A DNA stretch of 64,000 nucleotides, from positions 248,001 to 312,000 of the forward strand of contig JAPMXV010000035.1 in NCBI GenBank assembly GCA_026936335.1, in the 5' to 3' direction. The notes beneath the pieces were generated by a model, which made no database searches, had not been told where the DNA came from, and worked only from the letters and a program-made list of their open reading frames with translations. Numbering within the stretch: the first letter of the stretch is position 1; each line of letters opens with the position of its first letter. Below are positions 47,876-60,937 of this stretch, in pieces. The DNA is from Mantamonas sphyraenae STR306 (taxonomy: Eukaryota > Protista > CRuMs). The position numbers were made by a program, and so were the translations under genes.

Positions 47876-50800
47876 ATGTTTTGTCGTCGCTCAGCGTGTG
47901 CAAGTGGACGAGTTGTCCAAGGAGCAGTGCGCACGGGGACATTGCGTACGGGGAGCAGCGTGGGAAGCCAGGAGTTGGCACCGAGCACGTCGCTGTGGGC
48001 TCAGGGGATGGGTGCCAGGGTGGCAGGCATGCATGGACGCGCAGTAGCAGGGTTGGAACAGAGCCAACGAACAAGGTGGCAGGCGGGGCGAGGTTTAAAG
48101 GGCATGGTGGGCGTGTGCAAGTCGCCGGCGGCGTGGCACACAGTGTCGCTGGGCGGAGGCTTTTCAGAGGTTGGACTGGGTCGCAGTGTCGCCGCAATCC
48201 AGTGCACGGTCGGAGGTGTGGTGGAACGTGTCTGCATGAGCCAGGAAACAGGTGGGCAGGGCACCAACGACGCAAGTGCCGAAGAGCGGGAGATTCGCGA
48301 TCTGCTGCAAAAGGGCGACTACGACGCCGTCGTGTCCATGTGGACCCGGTCCAAGGAGCAGGGTGGAGGTGCCTTGTCTCTGTTTGCATACAATTGGTAA
48401 GAGAGTGTGTGATGAGAGGTGCGGGCGAGAGATGCGTGTCCAGGGGAGTGAGTGGAGCTGGCAGCTGCCCTGCATGCTGACCTCCTGCACAGCGTGCTCA
48501 ACGCACTGGGAAAGCAGGGCGAGGCAGCCAAGGCCTTGCTTTGCTTCCAGGACATTACAGCACACGGCCTCGAGCCAAGCATCATTTCGTACAACACACT
48601 CATCAAGGTAAGTGGCCGGGTGGGGGGCGAGAAGGGCGAAGGGTGACAAGCAGGCATGGTGTGGACGTCCAACCATCGCTGACACGACGGCATCATGTGA
48701 CGCACCACGTGTGCATTGTGCTCGTGTGGCTGGAAAATGCAGATCTGCAACGAAGCAGGAATGAGCAACAAGGTGTTTCAGGTGTTTGAGGAGATGAAGG
48801 CCAACGGGGTTACGCCCGACGTGATCACATATAACACGCTGATCAATGCGTGCAAACGTGCGCGCCAGCTGCAGCGAGCGTTTGGTCTGTTGGAGGAGAT
48901 GCGCATGCACGGAGTGGCACCGGATCTGATCACGTACCACTCGCTCATCGATGTGTGCGGGTGGTTGAAGGACTACAAAAAGGCCAGGGCTGTGTTTGAT
49001 ATCGTGCAGGAAAGCGAGGAGTTGGAAGCGGACGAGGTCACGTACACGTCCATGATCAACGTGTACGGGCGTTGCGGGCGGTCGGAAGACGCGTTGAAGA
49101 TGTTCCGTCGCATGAAGGACGAGGCCGGATTGCAGCCCAACGCAGTGACGTACAGCACAGTTGTGCACGCTCTGTCGCGGTCAGGACGCATGCGGGATGC
49201 GTGGGATGTGTACGAGGACATGGTGTCGCACGGACACAAGCCAAAGGCTTTTGTGTTCTCCACATTGATTCACGGGTATGGCCACAGCGGGGAGCTGGAC
49301 AAGGCTGAGGCAGTGCTACGCCAGGAATTGCCTCGACAGGGGGTCTCTGCAGATGCCATGGTGTGGGAGGCGTGGCTGCAAGCCAATGTGGCGAGCAACA
49401 ACGCAGAGGCAAGCATGGGTGTGTTTCGAGAGATGCGCGATCAGGGACTTGCGCCAAGACTGTTTACGTACAACTCGTTGCTTGGGGTGCTGCGTGACGG
49501 CGAACGGCCAGTGGAGGATGTGCTGGAGGTGTATGCCGCGGCCGTGCGCACACGCGGTGTCAAGCCCGACGAAACGACAGTGTCGCTTGTGGTGGACTAC
49601 GTGCAGGAGCAAAACCAAGTGGAGAAACTGTGGCAGGTTGTGGAAGCCACGTTGGGCTCTGGCGGCAGCGGCGACGGGAGCGAGCAGTTGCTGAAGTCTG
49701 CAGCACGAGGAGGGGCAAATGCAGGCGCAAGCAGCCAGGGAGGGGCACGCAAGGCCGGTGGAAGCGGCAGCCACGCAAATCAAAGTGGCAGTGGACCGAG
49801 CACAGGCCACGGAGTGGATGTATTTGGCGCTGTGGGACCGTTTCTGTTTACGACACTGCTGCAGATCGGGATGCGCACAGAGGAGCTTTCTGTGAGCCGG
49901 GTGTTGCAGGTGATGCGGGAGCAGGGGCTCTATCCGCAGATGCGCACGCTGTTCAGTGGACAGAGCCTGCAGGTGAACAGCAAGACGGTGGCATTGCTGC
50001 AGGAGATTATGGAGCTGGGGATTTTCCACACGCCCGAGTCGTACCAGGCTTTCGTGGAACACTGCCTGCGGCACGGGGCATTGGACTTTGCGCTCAAGTC
50101 GCTGTCGATTGTGCGTGCGGGAGGAGTGTCTGTGAGCAAGGCGACGTACAACCGTCTGCTGCGCGAAAGTGGCAAGTTTCTGCCGTTGGACGATTCGCTG
50201 AAGGTGTTTGAGGTAATGGGTGAGGACGGAGTGCGGGATGTGAGTGGCTACACGACGATGATTGAGGCGTGCGCGCGCCGTGGCAGTGTGACGCACGCTT
50301 TCCGGACGATGGAAGAGATGGAGGCTCAAGGGATCGAGGCAAACACGAGGGTGTACACGTCTGTGCTGCACCTGTGTGCAGCAAACGGAGATGTGGAACG
50401 AGCATACCGTGTGCTGCAACGCATGCAAGCACGCAAGATGAAGGGAGAGCCTACGGTGTTTACTTCGTTGATCAACAGCTGCGGCAAGGGGATGCAGATG
50501 GAGATGGCTTTTGACATTCTGGACATGATGCAATCGTTTGGCTTGCGGCCAAACGCAATCACGTACAACTCGCTGATTGACGCGTGTCTGGTGAGCGGAG
50601 ATCTGAATCGAGCGTTTGAAACGTTCCAACGGATGGAGCGTGAGGAAGGAGTGGTGCCGGATCTGATTACGTACAACTCTCTGATTCGCGGGTGTGGCAA
50701 GGCGCTGCAGCTGGACAGGGCGTTTGAGATTGTGGACTCAATGCGTGCGCACGGTGTGTCGCCCGACACAAACACATATTGCTCTCTGATTGACGCGTGC

Positions 50801-51136
50801 GGTCAGTGCGGCAAGTTTGAGCTGGCCAAACAGTATTTGGAGGAGATGCGAAGCAAAGAGCTGAAGCCGAATCTGTTTACGTACCGCTCGTTCCTGCACG
50901 CGTGTGCAAAGAACGGTGCGCTGTCGGTTGCTCTCGACACCCTGGATGACATGCGAGACGCTGGCTTTGCGCCCGACGAAGTGGCGTACCAAGCGTTGTA
51001 CCACGCCTTTTTGCGCAACGGTTACTCGGACCACGCGCTGAGTGTGCTGGATGCAATGGAGCGGAACGGATTCGCGGACAGCGGGCTGTTTCCGGTGGGG
51101 TCGGGAGGCGGAAACGCAGGGGCAGGGGCGCGGTAA
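47876..51136 (+). CDS. P-class pentatricopeptide repeat protein, probably mitochondrial, 3 exons (47876-48396, 48493-48607, 48743-51136)
   Basis: Many 35-aa motifs such as PDVITYNTLINAC...AFGLLEEM...G. R/S-rich N-terminus; the start codon is inferred. Confidence 0.93.
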
Positions 51137-51148
51137 ACCGATTGGTAT

Positions 51149-51170
51149 GTGTGTGTGTGTGTGTGTGTGT
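51149..51170. repeat. (GT)11 microsatellite
   Basis: Seen directly in the intergenic gap. Confidence 0.95.
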
Positions 51171-51225
51171 GCGTGTGGAAGGCTGAATGCACGCGTTGGG
51201 GCTAGCAACGAAATCACCAAAAGCG

Positions 51226-52878
51226 ATGCCTCCTCAGGTAAGAACAGGGGCAGGGAACGGGAGAAAACAGGATGGGCGTGGGTGTTGGTGGCCGTAGCGG
51301 TAGCAGGACGGCCGTGTGTGTTGTGCAAAGAGTGTGAACGCGCGAGCAGCTGGCGGGAGATTTGGGTAGAAAGCCCTCTCTTTTTCTGACAACCAAGACC
51401 CATTTTTTGCGAGCAGGTTCAGAAGAAGGAAGAAGCGAAAGAGAGCAAGTCCCTGGGCGAGTGGTTTGTCGACACGTCGCAGGAGCTGCAGCGCAAGTAC
51501 AACGCGCTGTTCCTTGTGGGGCGTGTGTATCTGTGGCTCGTGGTTTTCGAGTCGCTGGTGGCCGTCATCGTCCATGCGATCCTGATTGTGGATCCGATCA
51601 CCACATCAAACCAGCGCGTGGCCATGGTGCTGGTGTTTGTCAACGTGGTGTTCTTTTTGTACTTTGCGTTTGATGGGGTCAGTTGACAGCGTGCTTGGAG
51701 GGGTCGGGGGAGACGGCGAACCGCAAAAATACTTGCCTTCCCGGAGCCCACCGTCGCGTGGAGCACGAAACACTGGGGCTAACACGGTCAGCTGTGGTTT
51801 GGGCGTGGAAAACACACAGATTTTGAATGCCAACATGTTTGAAGTGGGCGCATGTTTGTTCATGAGCTTCATGCTGCTGGCCTTTGCTGCGTACAACTAC
51901 GTGGTGGGACCGAGCGAAGCGGACGCGTTGCGCATCTCCTTCCTTTCGCTGACGGTGCTTGTGCAGCTGGTCTATGTGTACTTGTCGTGGCAGCTCTACC
52001 TGCAGATCGGCTGGCAGCAGTTCAAGAAGGTCTCTCCGAAGCCGCAGATCCGCTGTACGTTGAGTGGTGGCCCGCGCAGACGCGGAGCTCGCCCGTTGCG
52101 CTTTTTTTGGCGGTGAAAACGGGCCGGCGGACGGCCGCTCCGCCCCCCCCCTTTTTTCTCCGAGTTCCGCTCGACGTGCCGACGGAGATTGCCTCTCGTA
52201 GCCGCGCATGTGTAAACGGAAGGGAGCGGAGGGAGCAAAGTGGTGTGCATGGATACGTGTGTGGGGCGTGAAGTGCGAGCGAGTGCGCCGAACATCAATC
52301 GTCCGTGGGAGTTTTCGTGTGGCTGACACGGGTGTTGTTTGGGGGTGCACACAGCGATGTACCGATTTGCACAGATGACACTGACCATGGTCAAGGTCGA
52401 CGTGGTGTACGCGCTGCTGCTGATCATCATCGCAGGCTTTTTCCTGCTGGCTCCGGACGACTACGAACTGTACGTGGTCATTGTGGCCCTGTTCCTTCAG
52501 ACTGCTTGGGGATGGGGCGGCTGGAAGGCCATCAAGGAGGAGAACCCGCGTTACATCTACTACTTCTGGGCCTATGCGCTGATGGAGCCGCTGTACATCA
52601 TCGGCAAGCTGATGAACTTCTTTGTGCTGCAGGTGAAAAAGTACGAGAACACGCCGCGTGCGCTGTTCCTGGTGCTGGGTGTGGCTGCGCTCATTATCCG
52701 TGGCATCATCTACGCTCTGTCGTACCGCTGCCTGAAGAACTTCAAGCAGGGTCTCAAGAGCGAGTACTTTGACCGTGACCCGGAGGAGCGCGGCAACCTG
52801 GGCGGCAAGAGCACCAAGAAGCGCGGCGGATCGCAGCGCGGTCGCTCAACTCGCAGCGCACGCAGCTCCAAGGTGTAA
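51226..52878 (+). CDS. Multi-pass membrane protein, UPF0658 Golgi-membrane-like, 4 exons
   Basis: Spliced product MPPQ/VQKK...FAFDG/ILNANMFE...LYLQIGWQQFKKVSPKPQIR/SMYRFAQMTLTMVKVD resembles the family pattern. Confidence 0.65.
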
Positions 52879-52992
52879 CGAGGAGGAGAAGAAGGAGAGG
52901 CATTTGCGTTGGGCATTGGGAGGTTGTGGAGAGAGCCGGAGAACAAAAACAAACAAAGGCCGACCGCCGTTGCGCCACTGCAGCCACATCTG

Positions 52993-54478
52993 ATGCCGTG
53001 GCCAATGCTCGCTCCATCCTCCCCGTCGGAAGAGTATGACACGCTGTTGGAGGACGACGACAAGGATGGGCCCGTGCTGCCCGCACGGTACGAGGTCTGG
53101 CCAGGCAACCACTTGTTCTTCTGCGGCGGTCGCTTCAGGGTCTCCTCAGACTGGCAGACAATCTCTGTGACTGCAACTCTCATCAATCTGCCCCAATGGT
53201 GTTTTTGGGCGTTTGTGTACGTTTCGGGTGTGTCTGTGTGTGGCGAAAAGGCCCTGTTGTTCCAGTTCTGACTTTTCCCACACCCCAAAACACGCAATCC
53301 ACCCGGTTTACGAGCAGCTGCCCGCAACTGGCCGAGGCAGCGCCGACAGTCGTGGTTGTTGCTGTCATCGTGTGGGCTCTAAACAATTACTTCCTGTACA
53401 AAACGGCTGTGACGGACGCTGGCATTCTGCCGCGACGCTTCCCAGACAGCGAGCCGCTCGAGCCAGTGGGCATTGATGAAGATGGTAGGTGTGCATCATC
53501 GATGGGGGCATGGTGACAAGGAGAAGGGAGAAGAGAAGGATAGGCAATGCGATGCGAGTCACGTCGGGGGACTTACCTGGGTTGCGCGTTTTGCTCTCAG
53601 AAATGGGCAAGGGCCTCCAAAACTTCCTGCAACCACCGAGCGAGGTGCACACGGTGGTGGACGGCCACAAGCTGTCCATGCGCTTCTGCGAGACGTGTCA
53701 AATGTACCGACCGCCGCGTGTTTCGCACTGCTCGACGTGCAACACGTGCACCGAGCGATTCGACCACCACTGCCCGTGGGTGGACAACTGTGTCGGCAAG
53801 CGCAACTACCGTTTCTTCTACGGCTTTGTGCTCTTCTGCACTCTGCAGATCCTGTGCATCTTTGTGGGTTGCATCATGCTGATTGCACACCTGACAAGCA
53901 GGCCCGGCGGGCCGATCAACGCTTTCGAGCTCGTGGCAGCCACGCCGGCGTCACTGTTGCTCATGCTGGTGGCCTTTATGTTTGTGTGGAGTGTGGGTGG
54001 CCTCACCATCTTTCACACCTATCTGCTGTTCTCCGAACAGACGACCAACGAAGAAATCAAGCGCACGTGGCGCAGGCAGCCAAACCCGTACAACCGAGGC
54101 GCCCTGCGCAACGCCCTGCACATCCTGTTTGGCAAACAAACACCCGCACACATCAACTTTCGCCAGCAGGTCCATCACCACGAATACGAATACCTGCGGG
54201 ATCTGTCCGGTCGGATGCGCGGCTACCGGATGCGCAACGGCGCCCTGCGTCTCAAGGTGCACTTTGGAGCAGACTCGTCGTCAAAGAATACGACACACGC
54301 TTCCTCCACAAAGTCCACACGTGGCCATGATGTGGAGCGGGCAAGCTCCGGTGCGTCCACGTCTGTGGTTTCGCCCATGGCCGACGGTGACGCTGCCTCG
54401 CAGCAGCAACACGAGATGGATAACATGTCGTTTGGACTAGCTGATGCCGGTGTGGTGGACAGGAGTGACGAGGAGTGA
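52993..54478 (+). CDS. DHHC protein S-acyltransferase, Erf2/ZDHHC9/14/18 group, 3 exons
   Basis: YEVWPGNHLFFCGGR, TDAGILPR, CETCQMYRPPRVSHCSTCNTCTERFDHHCPWVDNCVGKRNYRFF, TTNE and NPY. Confidence 0.95.
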
Positions 54479-54491
54479 CTGCAAGTCCAGT

Positions 54492-56379
54492 TTAGAATGA
54501 ATTGAAGAGCTCCAAGAACTTCTCCTCCATGACGACAGGGTCGCCGGCAAGCGCTGTATACAGTCCCGAGGACAGCTTCTCCGCCACGCCAAGTAAAAGG
54601 TAAAAGTCATTGTCGTCCTCGAGCTTAAGGTCCTTGCGAATGCGCACCACGGTGTTGGACTGCAGCGACGATTCCTCACGCACCTTGGCCTCCACATACT
54701 TGATCATGACGACCGCCTTGCGTGTAAGCATGCGCATAAACTGTTTGATGTATCCTTCGCGCAGTGGCATGGCGAGCTCGTTGACGCGCGCAAGCATTTT
54801 GGTCACCATGGGTGCGGCCTGCATCATCTCGTGAAACAAGCGGCCACTGCGCGGTGAAAAGCATGGAATGTGACAGTGCAAGACAGTGACAGTGTGACAA
54901 GTGTGAGCGTGTGTGTGGATTGTGCACGAGACAGGGTCGTCTGTGGGCTCAACGTACTCGGAGTTCCACTCGTCGTGGTCGTTCTCAAAGTCCACCAACT
55001 TCTCAACCTCGGCAGCCAGGAACTCTGTGCGCAACAGAGTGTAGTTGTGGAACTTTTGTGTTTGGTACACCGTCTGCTTTTCCAGATTGATCCATGTGCT
55101 GGGCAAGCGGGACTGGATCACCTCCTCGTCGGGGATGTCCGTGTCCACAAAGCCTGTCCGGAAGATAATGTGTGAGTGTGAATGTGTGAGTGTGCGTACT
55201 CTGTGGGTGGATCGGAGGGTGCAAAGGCAGTAGGCCTCACCTTGAAGAAAGAGGTCTGGCACATAGGCCTGGGATCGAGTGTGAGCGTGCCTGCTGCGCT
55301 TGCGTTCAGACGGCGAGAGGAAGAGCGATAGTGAGTCGATGAAAAGGTTGACGTTCTCCACATCTCCACCCGTGACCATTGTGCTGCAGTGAGATTGCAG
55401 ATGGGATGTGATGGCGCTGTGGGCGGAAGGGGAAAGGTGTGAGACGTGGACACAGACGACCCTCAACACGCGCCCGAGCACATACGCAGCGAGAAAGTCC
55501 TGGTCGTAGATGGAGGCTGTGAAAAACGTGTCTGAAAACTTGACATCTGGCAGTGTGGACTCGTAGAGGGCATTCATGTGGCGTGTAAAGTCTGGCAGAG
55601 TGCCCTCGAACTGTTGCAGAGCCATTTTGGGGGCCTGTGCAAGCGCGAGTGTCAGCGCATGGGCATGTGGGTGGAGAGAGCGAGAAACTCAGGGAAGGAG
55701 GGGGGTAGGACGAAAATGGCAAGATGGATGCGAGGCATGGACAGCACGTACAGATGTGAGGAGGGCGCGAAGTTTGTCTGCGAGGTGGCGGAGGCGATCT
55801 TCCACGAGGTTGTGTAGGACAAGGTAGCGAGAGAGATGCTTCTTGGTGACGACGACGGACAAGGAGAACTTGGCTGAACTGCGCTGGTACGGGGCTGTAA
55901 ACACGAGGGTGGTGACCATGACGTCGGGTTCGGAGAAGACGTGGAACTTGACCTCGACCTGGTCGCCGTCGGTTTCCATACGACATACTTCACCTGCGAG
56001 AGTGTGCCTGGCAATGTGCAGCTGGTACTCGTCGGGCACGTCACCGATGCCCTGCCAGACCTGTGTGTGGAGGGGTTCAGAGGGAGGTCGATGGTTAGCT
56101 CGTGCACCTGGGTTTTCTGCGCATGCTTCCGCTCCCAATTCTGTGGTTTGAGACATGGCGACCTACCTGCTCCACGCGTGGGCCAAAGATATTGTCCCAC
56201 AGGGCCAGCTGAAGACAGCTGATGAAGCTGGTTTGTGTAAGCGAGCCGTCTTCCCCCTCTTCGTCTTCGGTGCCTCCTTTGGCGGATGAGGAAGAGGAGC
56301 CACCCATAGCCCCGGAGGAATTGGATGACACAGCCAGGCGTTCCGGCTGGCTGATGAAGAATTCCCACAGGGTGGACAT
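54492..56379 (-). CDS. C9orf72: C9orf72 homolog (longin/DENN), multi-exon
   Basis: WDNIFGPRVEQ/VW, ARHTLAGEV...EVKFHV, YLVLHNLVEDRL, YVPDLFLQG and LLGVAEKLSSG. Confidence 0.88.
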
Positions 56380-56449
56380 TGGGTGAGTTGGGCGACGGAG
56401 CGCGGTCGGCGCACACACAACAACCACCCCCTTTTCTTTTCCCAACACC

Positions 56450-58181
56450 ATGCAGAACAAGAGCTTGTTTCTCGTTCTGCTGCTTGCGTGCATGCTCGCA
56501 GTCGCTCAATGCTCGAGCGACGACAGGTGAGTTTGCAGGGGATGCAGAAACGGAAACAAAAGCGCTCACACAGGCACGCACGGCTCGCAGCTCCGCCGCA
56601 TCCACCTCGAGCGACTCGGACGTCAGTGGTAAGTGTCGCAGCGTGGGAGGATGAAGACGCTCGTACAAATTTGGCAATCCTTTTTCTGTCGCGTTGTGTT
56701 TCTCCATCCCCGGTGGCGCTTCAAAGGCGGAGATGGGAAAAAAGGGGAGATGGACTCACATCACTCCGCTTTCTCACGCACTCGCAGCCCAGTCGGCCGT
56801 TTCCAGTGACGAGTACGCGGAAAACGACGAAGTGAGTGACAGCTCAGAGGAGCAGGAGGACGAAGTGCGTGATGCCTTCTGGGGCAGTCGCACCGCGACC
56901 CCCACCCCTGTGCCGTACAGCCGCCGTCGCTCGTACTCGTACAGCAGCCGCCGCTCGCGCACGTACACTCCGGCAACCAAGAAGACCTCGTTCTGGAGCC
57001 GCAAGTCGAGCTCGACGACACCCAAGCGCTCGTACTCGTACAGCAGCCGCCGCTCGCGCACGTACACGCCGGCAACCAAGAAGACCTCGTTCTGGAGCCG
57101 CAAGTCGAGCTCGACGACACCCAAGCGCTCGTACTCGTACAGCAGCCGCCGTTCGCGCACGTACACGCCGGCAACCAAGAAGACCTCGTTCTGGAGCCGC
57201 AAGTCGAGCTCATCGACGCCCAAGCGCTCGTACTCGTACAGCAGCCGCCGTTCGCGCACGTACACGCCTGCAACCAAGAAGACCTCGTTCTGGAGCCGCA
57301 GGAAGACTTCGACGCCCACTACCAAGACCTCGACCACCAAGAAGACCTCCTTCTGGAGCCGCAGGAAGACTTCGACGCCCACTACCAAGACCTCGACCAC
57401 CAAGAAGTCGTCGTTCTGGAGCCGCAGGAAGACATCGACGCCCACAACCAAGACCTCGACCTCAACCAAGTCTGCCACAAAGAAGTCGTCGTTCTGGAGC
57501 AGGCTGGGCAAACGCACCACTCCGAGTGAACCCAGCACGCCGTCTGGCCCGAGCACACCTTCGCGCCCGAGCACACCTTCGCGCCCGAGCACACCTTCGC
57601 GCCCGAGCACACCTTCGCGCCCGAGCACGCCGTCGCGTCCGAGCACGCCGAGCAGCGGCTGCGGTGGCATGGGTAGCAACTGCCATGTGTCGAGCAGTGG
57701 CCGTTCGATGACCAGCAATGGCCTGGACAATCTCAAGCAGTACGAGTCGATTGTGTGGGGCGGAGATCGCCGATGCATCGAAAGTTGCTCCAGCGACCAG
57801 GCCTGTATGTACCGTGATTCTGCTGGTCTCAAGACCATCGGATACGGACATCTGTGCCAATCCAGCAGCTGCCGCTACAGCTGTTTGTCGCGCTCTGAAG
57901 CCCTGAACCTCTTTGCCAACGACGCTCGCAAGTACAGCTCGCCTGTGGCCCGCTGTGTACGCACGCCGCTGACTGACCAGCAGTTTGATGCTCTTTCCAG
58001 CTTCACCTTCAACCTGGGTGAGGGTGTCATCTGCAATTCCGGTTCGTCCATCCGCCGAGCCCTGGACTCGGGTGATTACTCTCGTGTTTGCGATGCTCTC
58101 AAGCTGTACGTCAACGCTGGTGGCCAGTACTCGCAGGGCCTGATGAACCGACGCATGAAGGAGTGCCGCGCATTCCAGTGA
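56450..58181 (+). CDS. Secreted GH24 (phage-type) lysozyme with acidic propiece, cationic repeats and P/S/T linker; exons 56450-56526, 56591-56628, 56788-58181
   Basis: Signal peptide MQNKSLFLVLLLACMLAVAQC. GH24 motifs GLDNLKQYE, YRDSAGLKTIGYGH, LTDQQFDALSSFTFNLG and GLMNRRMKE. Confidence 0.9.
56928..57656 (+). repeat. Coding tandem repeats: 99-bp x~3.8, 63-bp x~3, 18-bp x7
   Basis: 99-bp units start at 56928, 57027, 57126 and 57225; these are followed by TKKTSFWSRRKTSTPTTKTST units and PSTPS(R) x7. Confidence 0.95.
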
Positions 58182-58246
58182 GTTGTTGCTTCGAAGCAGT
58201 GAAAAACACCGCACTCCCTTCCAATCCATTGTTTGTTGCCTGCGCC

Positions 58247-60871
58247 ATGGAATTGCAGTTTTCGAGGGTCGACTTGCTTCAAGTGGCGCCTTTGGAGCGC
58301 AACACGATGGTTTGCCTGCCTCCAGGGAAGAAGCCCACGCTGAAGATTGTCACGGGTGATTCTTCGGGCGTCGTCACCTGCTTCTCTATGCGCAAGTCCG
58401 AGGTCAACGTACGTTGACAAGCACGAGCGCCATGTGTTGCTCCCTCTCGTGGCCAGTGTCCCACCGTTTCGCCGTCTGCGCTGATGCTGACGTGCCTGCG
58501 CCGCTTGCCGCCTCTGTGCGCGCCAAACTGACCTCTGCCTCCTCTTCCTTCCCTCCGCTTGGCCCATTGCTTCCCCGCAGATCAAGTTCCGCAATCTCCC
58601 GCTTGCTTCACAGGTCAACCGCGTCTCCCTCGGCATGGTCGACCCCAAAGACAAGCCTGTGATTGCGTACGGCACGAAAATCAACATCCTCCAGCGCAAG
58701 GTGCGTTACCCTCCTTTTTGCCCAGCTTTGGCTGTTCATCCCCGTGACCATTTGCCGTGCATCGCATAGGCAACGTTCCATACGCTCTGTGTGTGTCGTT
58801 GGATGTGCAGGAGACTGACCCACACTCCGGCTTCTTGCCCTGCCTTTGCTGCACCGTGTGCCTGCACGCTTGTTCTCGTCTCCAGAACGGCAAGTCCATT
58901 TACGAGGCTCAGACAAGCATGAGCGAAGACATTCGTCATGTGTTTGTGCACGACAGCCGAGTGTGGGCTGCAGGCGAGTATGTCTTCTCCTCGTTTGAGG
59001 AGAACAAATCTCAGCTGCTTGATCGCGACTACTACATCTGCGGCGACCGCATCAACGACCTCGTCTGCATGAACTTTACCACCAGCGACGACTCGTTGTC
59101 CAATCTCATGCCCGTGCTGGCGTGTCAGGACAGATATGTGCGCGTGCTCAAGGATAGCACAGCTCTGCACGAGACGGCTGTGGAGGGGCCCGTGCTCAGC
59201 GTCAAACCGTACGCAAGCAGCACCGCTGGATTCGACCAGGGAGCCAAACAGGTCCTTTATGGCACGGCACACGGACACGTGGGCTCGCTGTACATCAACA
59301 GCAGCGAGACGGCGTCCAAATGGCTGGTCGACCGCGACGGCACAGCCGGCGTCGGTTCTTCCCTCGAAGGGGCATCTGCTTCAGCCTCATCCTCCTCGTC
59401 GGGCAGTTCTTCGGCCATGCGTAGGGGTGGAGTGCAGTGCGTCACCTCGTTTGACTTTACCGAGGACGGAATCGCTGATGTGGTCGTCGGCTGCGACGAC
59501 GGCACCTTGGAGGTGTTTTCGTTCGATTTGAACCCAGACCAGCCACGCAGGGCGTTTGCTGCACACATCAACGAGAGTGTGGCCAGCCTGGACCACGGCC
59601 CCATCCTCACGGAAGACTACAGCGACATCGTCGTCGCCACCTTTTCGGGCAAGGTTCTTGCGTACACATCGTCGCCTCGCGAGAGTTACGAGGAGGGTGC
59701 CGGCACGTCGGCATCTTCGTCCTCGGGCTCCTCGGTACAGGACAACAGCCGCGTGCAGAGCCTCCGCGCCGAACTCGAGGAGCTGAAGCGGAAGGTAACC
59801 AAAGAGAAGCGCAAGTACAAAGAGCTGTCACGTGAACTGGTCACGCAGCAGAGCTTCAAGATCAACCACAAGTTCTGGCTCAACACCGACGATGCCAGCT
59901 ACACGTTCAGTGTGGAAATCCAAATGCCCATCGAAATGGTGATTCTGCAGGGGAACATTGCCATCGACTTGCTGGAGGTGGAGAACAGCGGAGCTATTGT
60001 GTCGCAGTCTCCCATGGACATCCACAACGAAAACATGCTGCTGGCCACGTTCACTTGCCCCGAGGACAACGTGAACCGGCTTGAGATGAAGGTGCGCACA
60101 ATTGAGGGTCAGCACGGCACCCTGACGGCGTATGTCATCCCCAAAATCACACCCAAGACATGCACGATGGTGCAGGTGCCCATCAAGCCTCTGTCTCTGC
60201 ACACACGCATCTTGGAGCCGATCAAGCGCGTGCTGAACACCGCGCGGATCACAGGCAACTTTTCCGTCGCCGAACTGCACTCGTGGCTGTGCATGTGTCT
60301 TCCAGAGCTACCTGAGCGAGCTCCAGGAGATGAGGTCAAGTACTATTTCCAGTCGACGTTCCTGGGCAGCTACCTTGAGCTCGACTACAAGTCAAACATC
60401 GGCGTGTTCCGCAGCGATTCCATCAGCACGATCACCATTCTGAAGGAGGTGATTTCCAAGGAGGCAACGGTGCGCAAGACCCCTGTCAAGATCTCGTTTG
60501 ATATCGAGGACGAGACAATCGGAAACTTCCTGGGTTTGCTGTGGCCAAAGTTGGAGTACCAGCTGAACCTGGCCAAGAAGGTGCGGCTGGTGGACGCCCT
60601 GCAGGAAATCAAGCAGCAAGAACAGGACACAGAGCATCTGGACTCGACACTGCAGGAGGTGTTGGAAAACGGTGCGCAGATCACCAAGGAGTTTGAGCAG
60701 CAACCGCGCATGCTGGAGTTTCTGTACGGCATTGTGACAGACCTGTACATCGACAAGTACAAGAGCAAGGGCAAGAACGTGAAGGGACGAGTGAACGAGT
60801 TGGTGGAGTTGCTGGACGAGGGCGATTTTGACATGGTGGTTGACTTTGTGCTCAATTCCAGCTCGGGATGA
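58247..60871 (+). CDS. BBS7: Bardet-Biedl syndrome 7 (BBSome), 3 exons
   Basis: MELQFSRVDLLQV...TGDSSGVVTCF, DYYICGDRIND, LACQDRYVRV, RTIEGQHGTL, IKPLSLH and LYGIVTDLYIDKYK. Confidence 0.95.
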
Positions 60872-60937
60872 CAAGAATGAACGGATGGAAATGGAATGGA
60901 GTGATGGATTGTTGTTGTTGTTCCCACCCATACCTTC

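Noticed and set aside
56928-57656. CRISPR-like array
   Set aside because: The units are contiguous in-frame coding repeats without unique spacers, and no cas genes are present.
19786-58181. Functional cluster of endolysosomal genes (CLN5, V-ATPase B, VPS13, C9orf72, lysozyme)
   Set aside because: They are interspersed with unrelated housekeeping genes, so chance is sufficient without synteny evidence.
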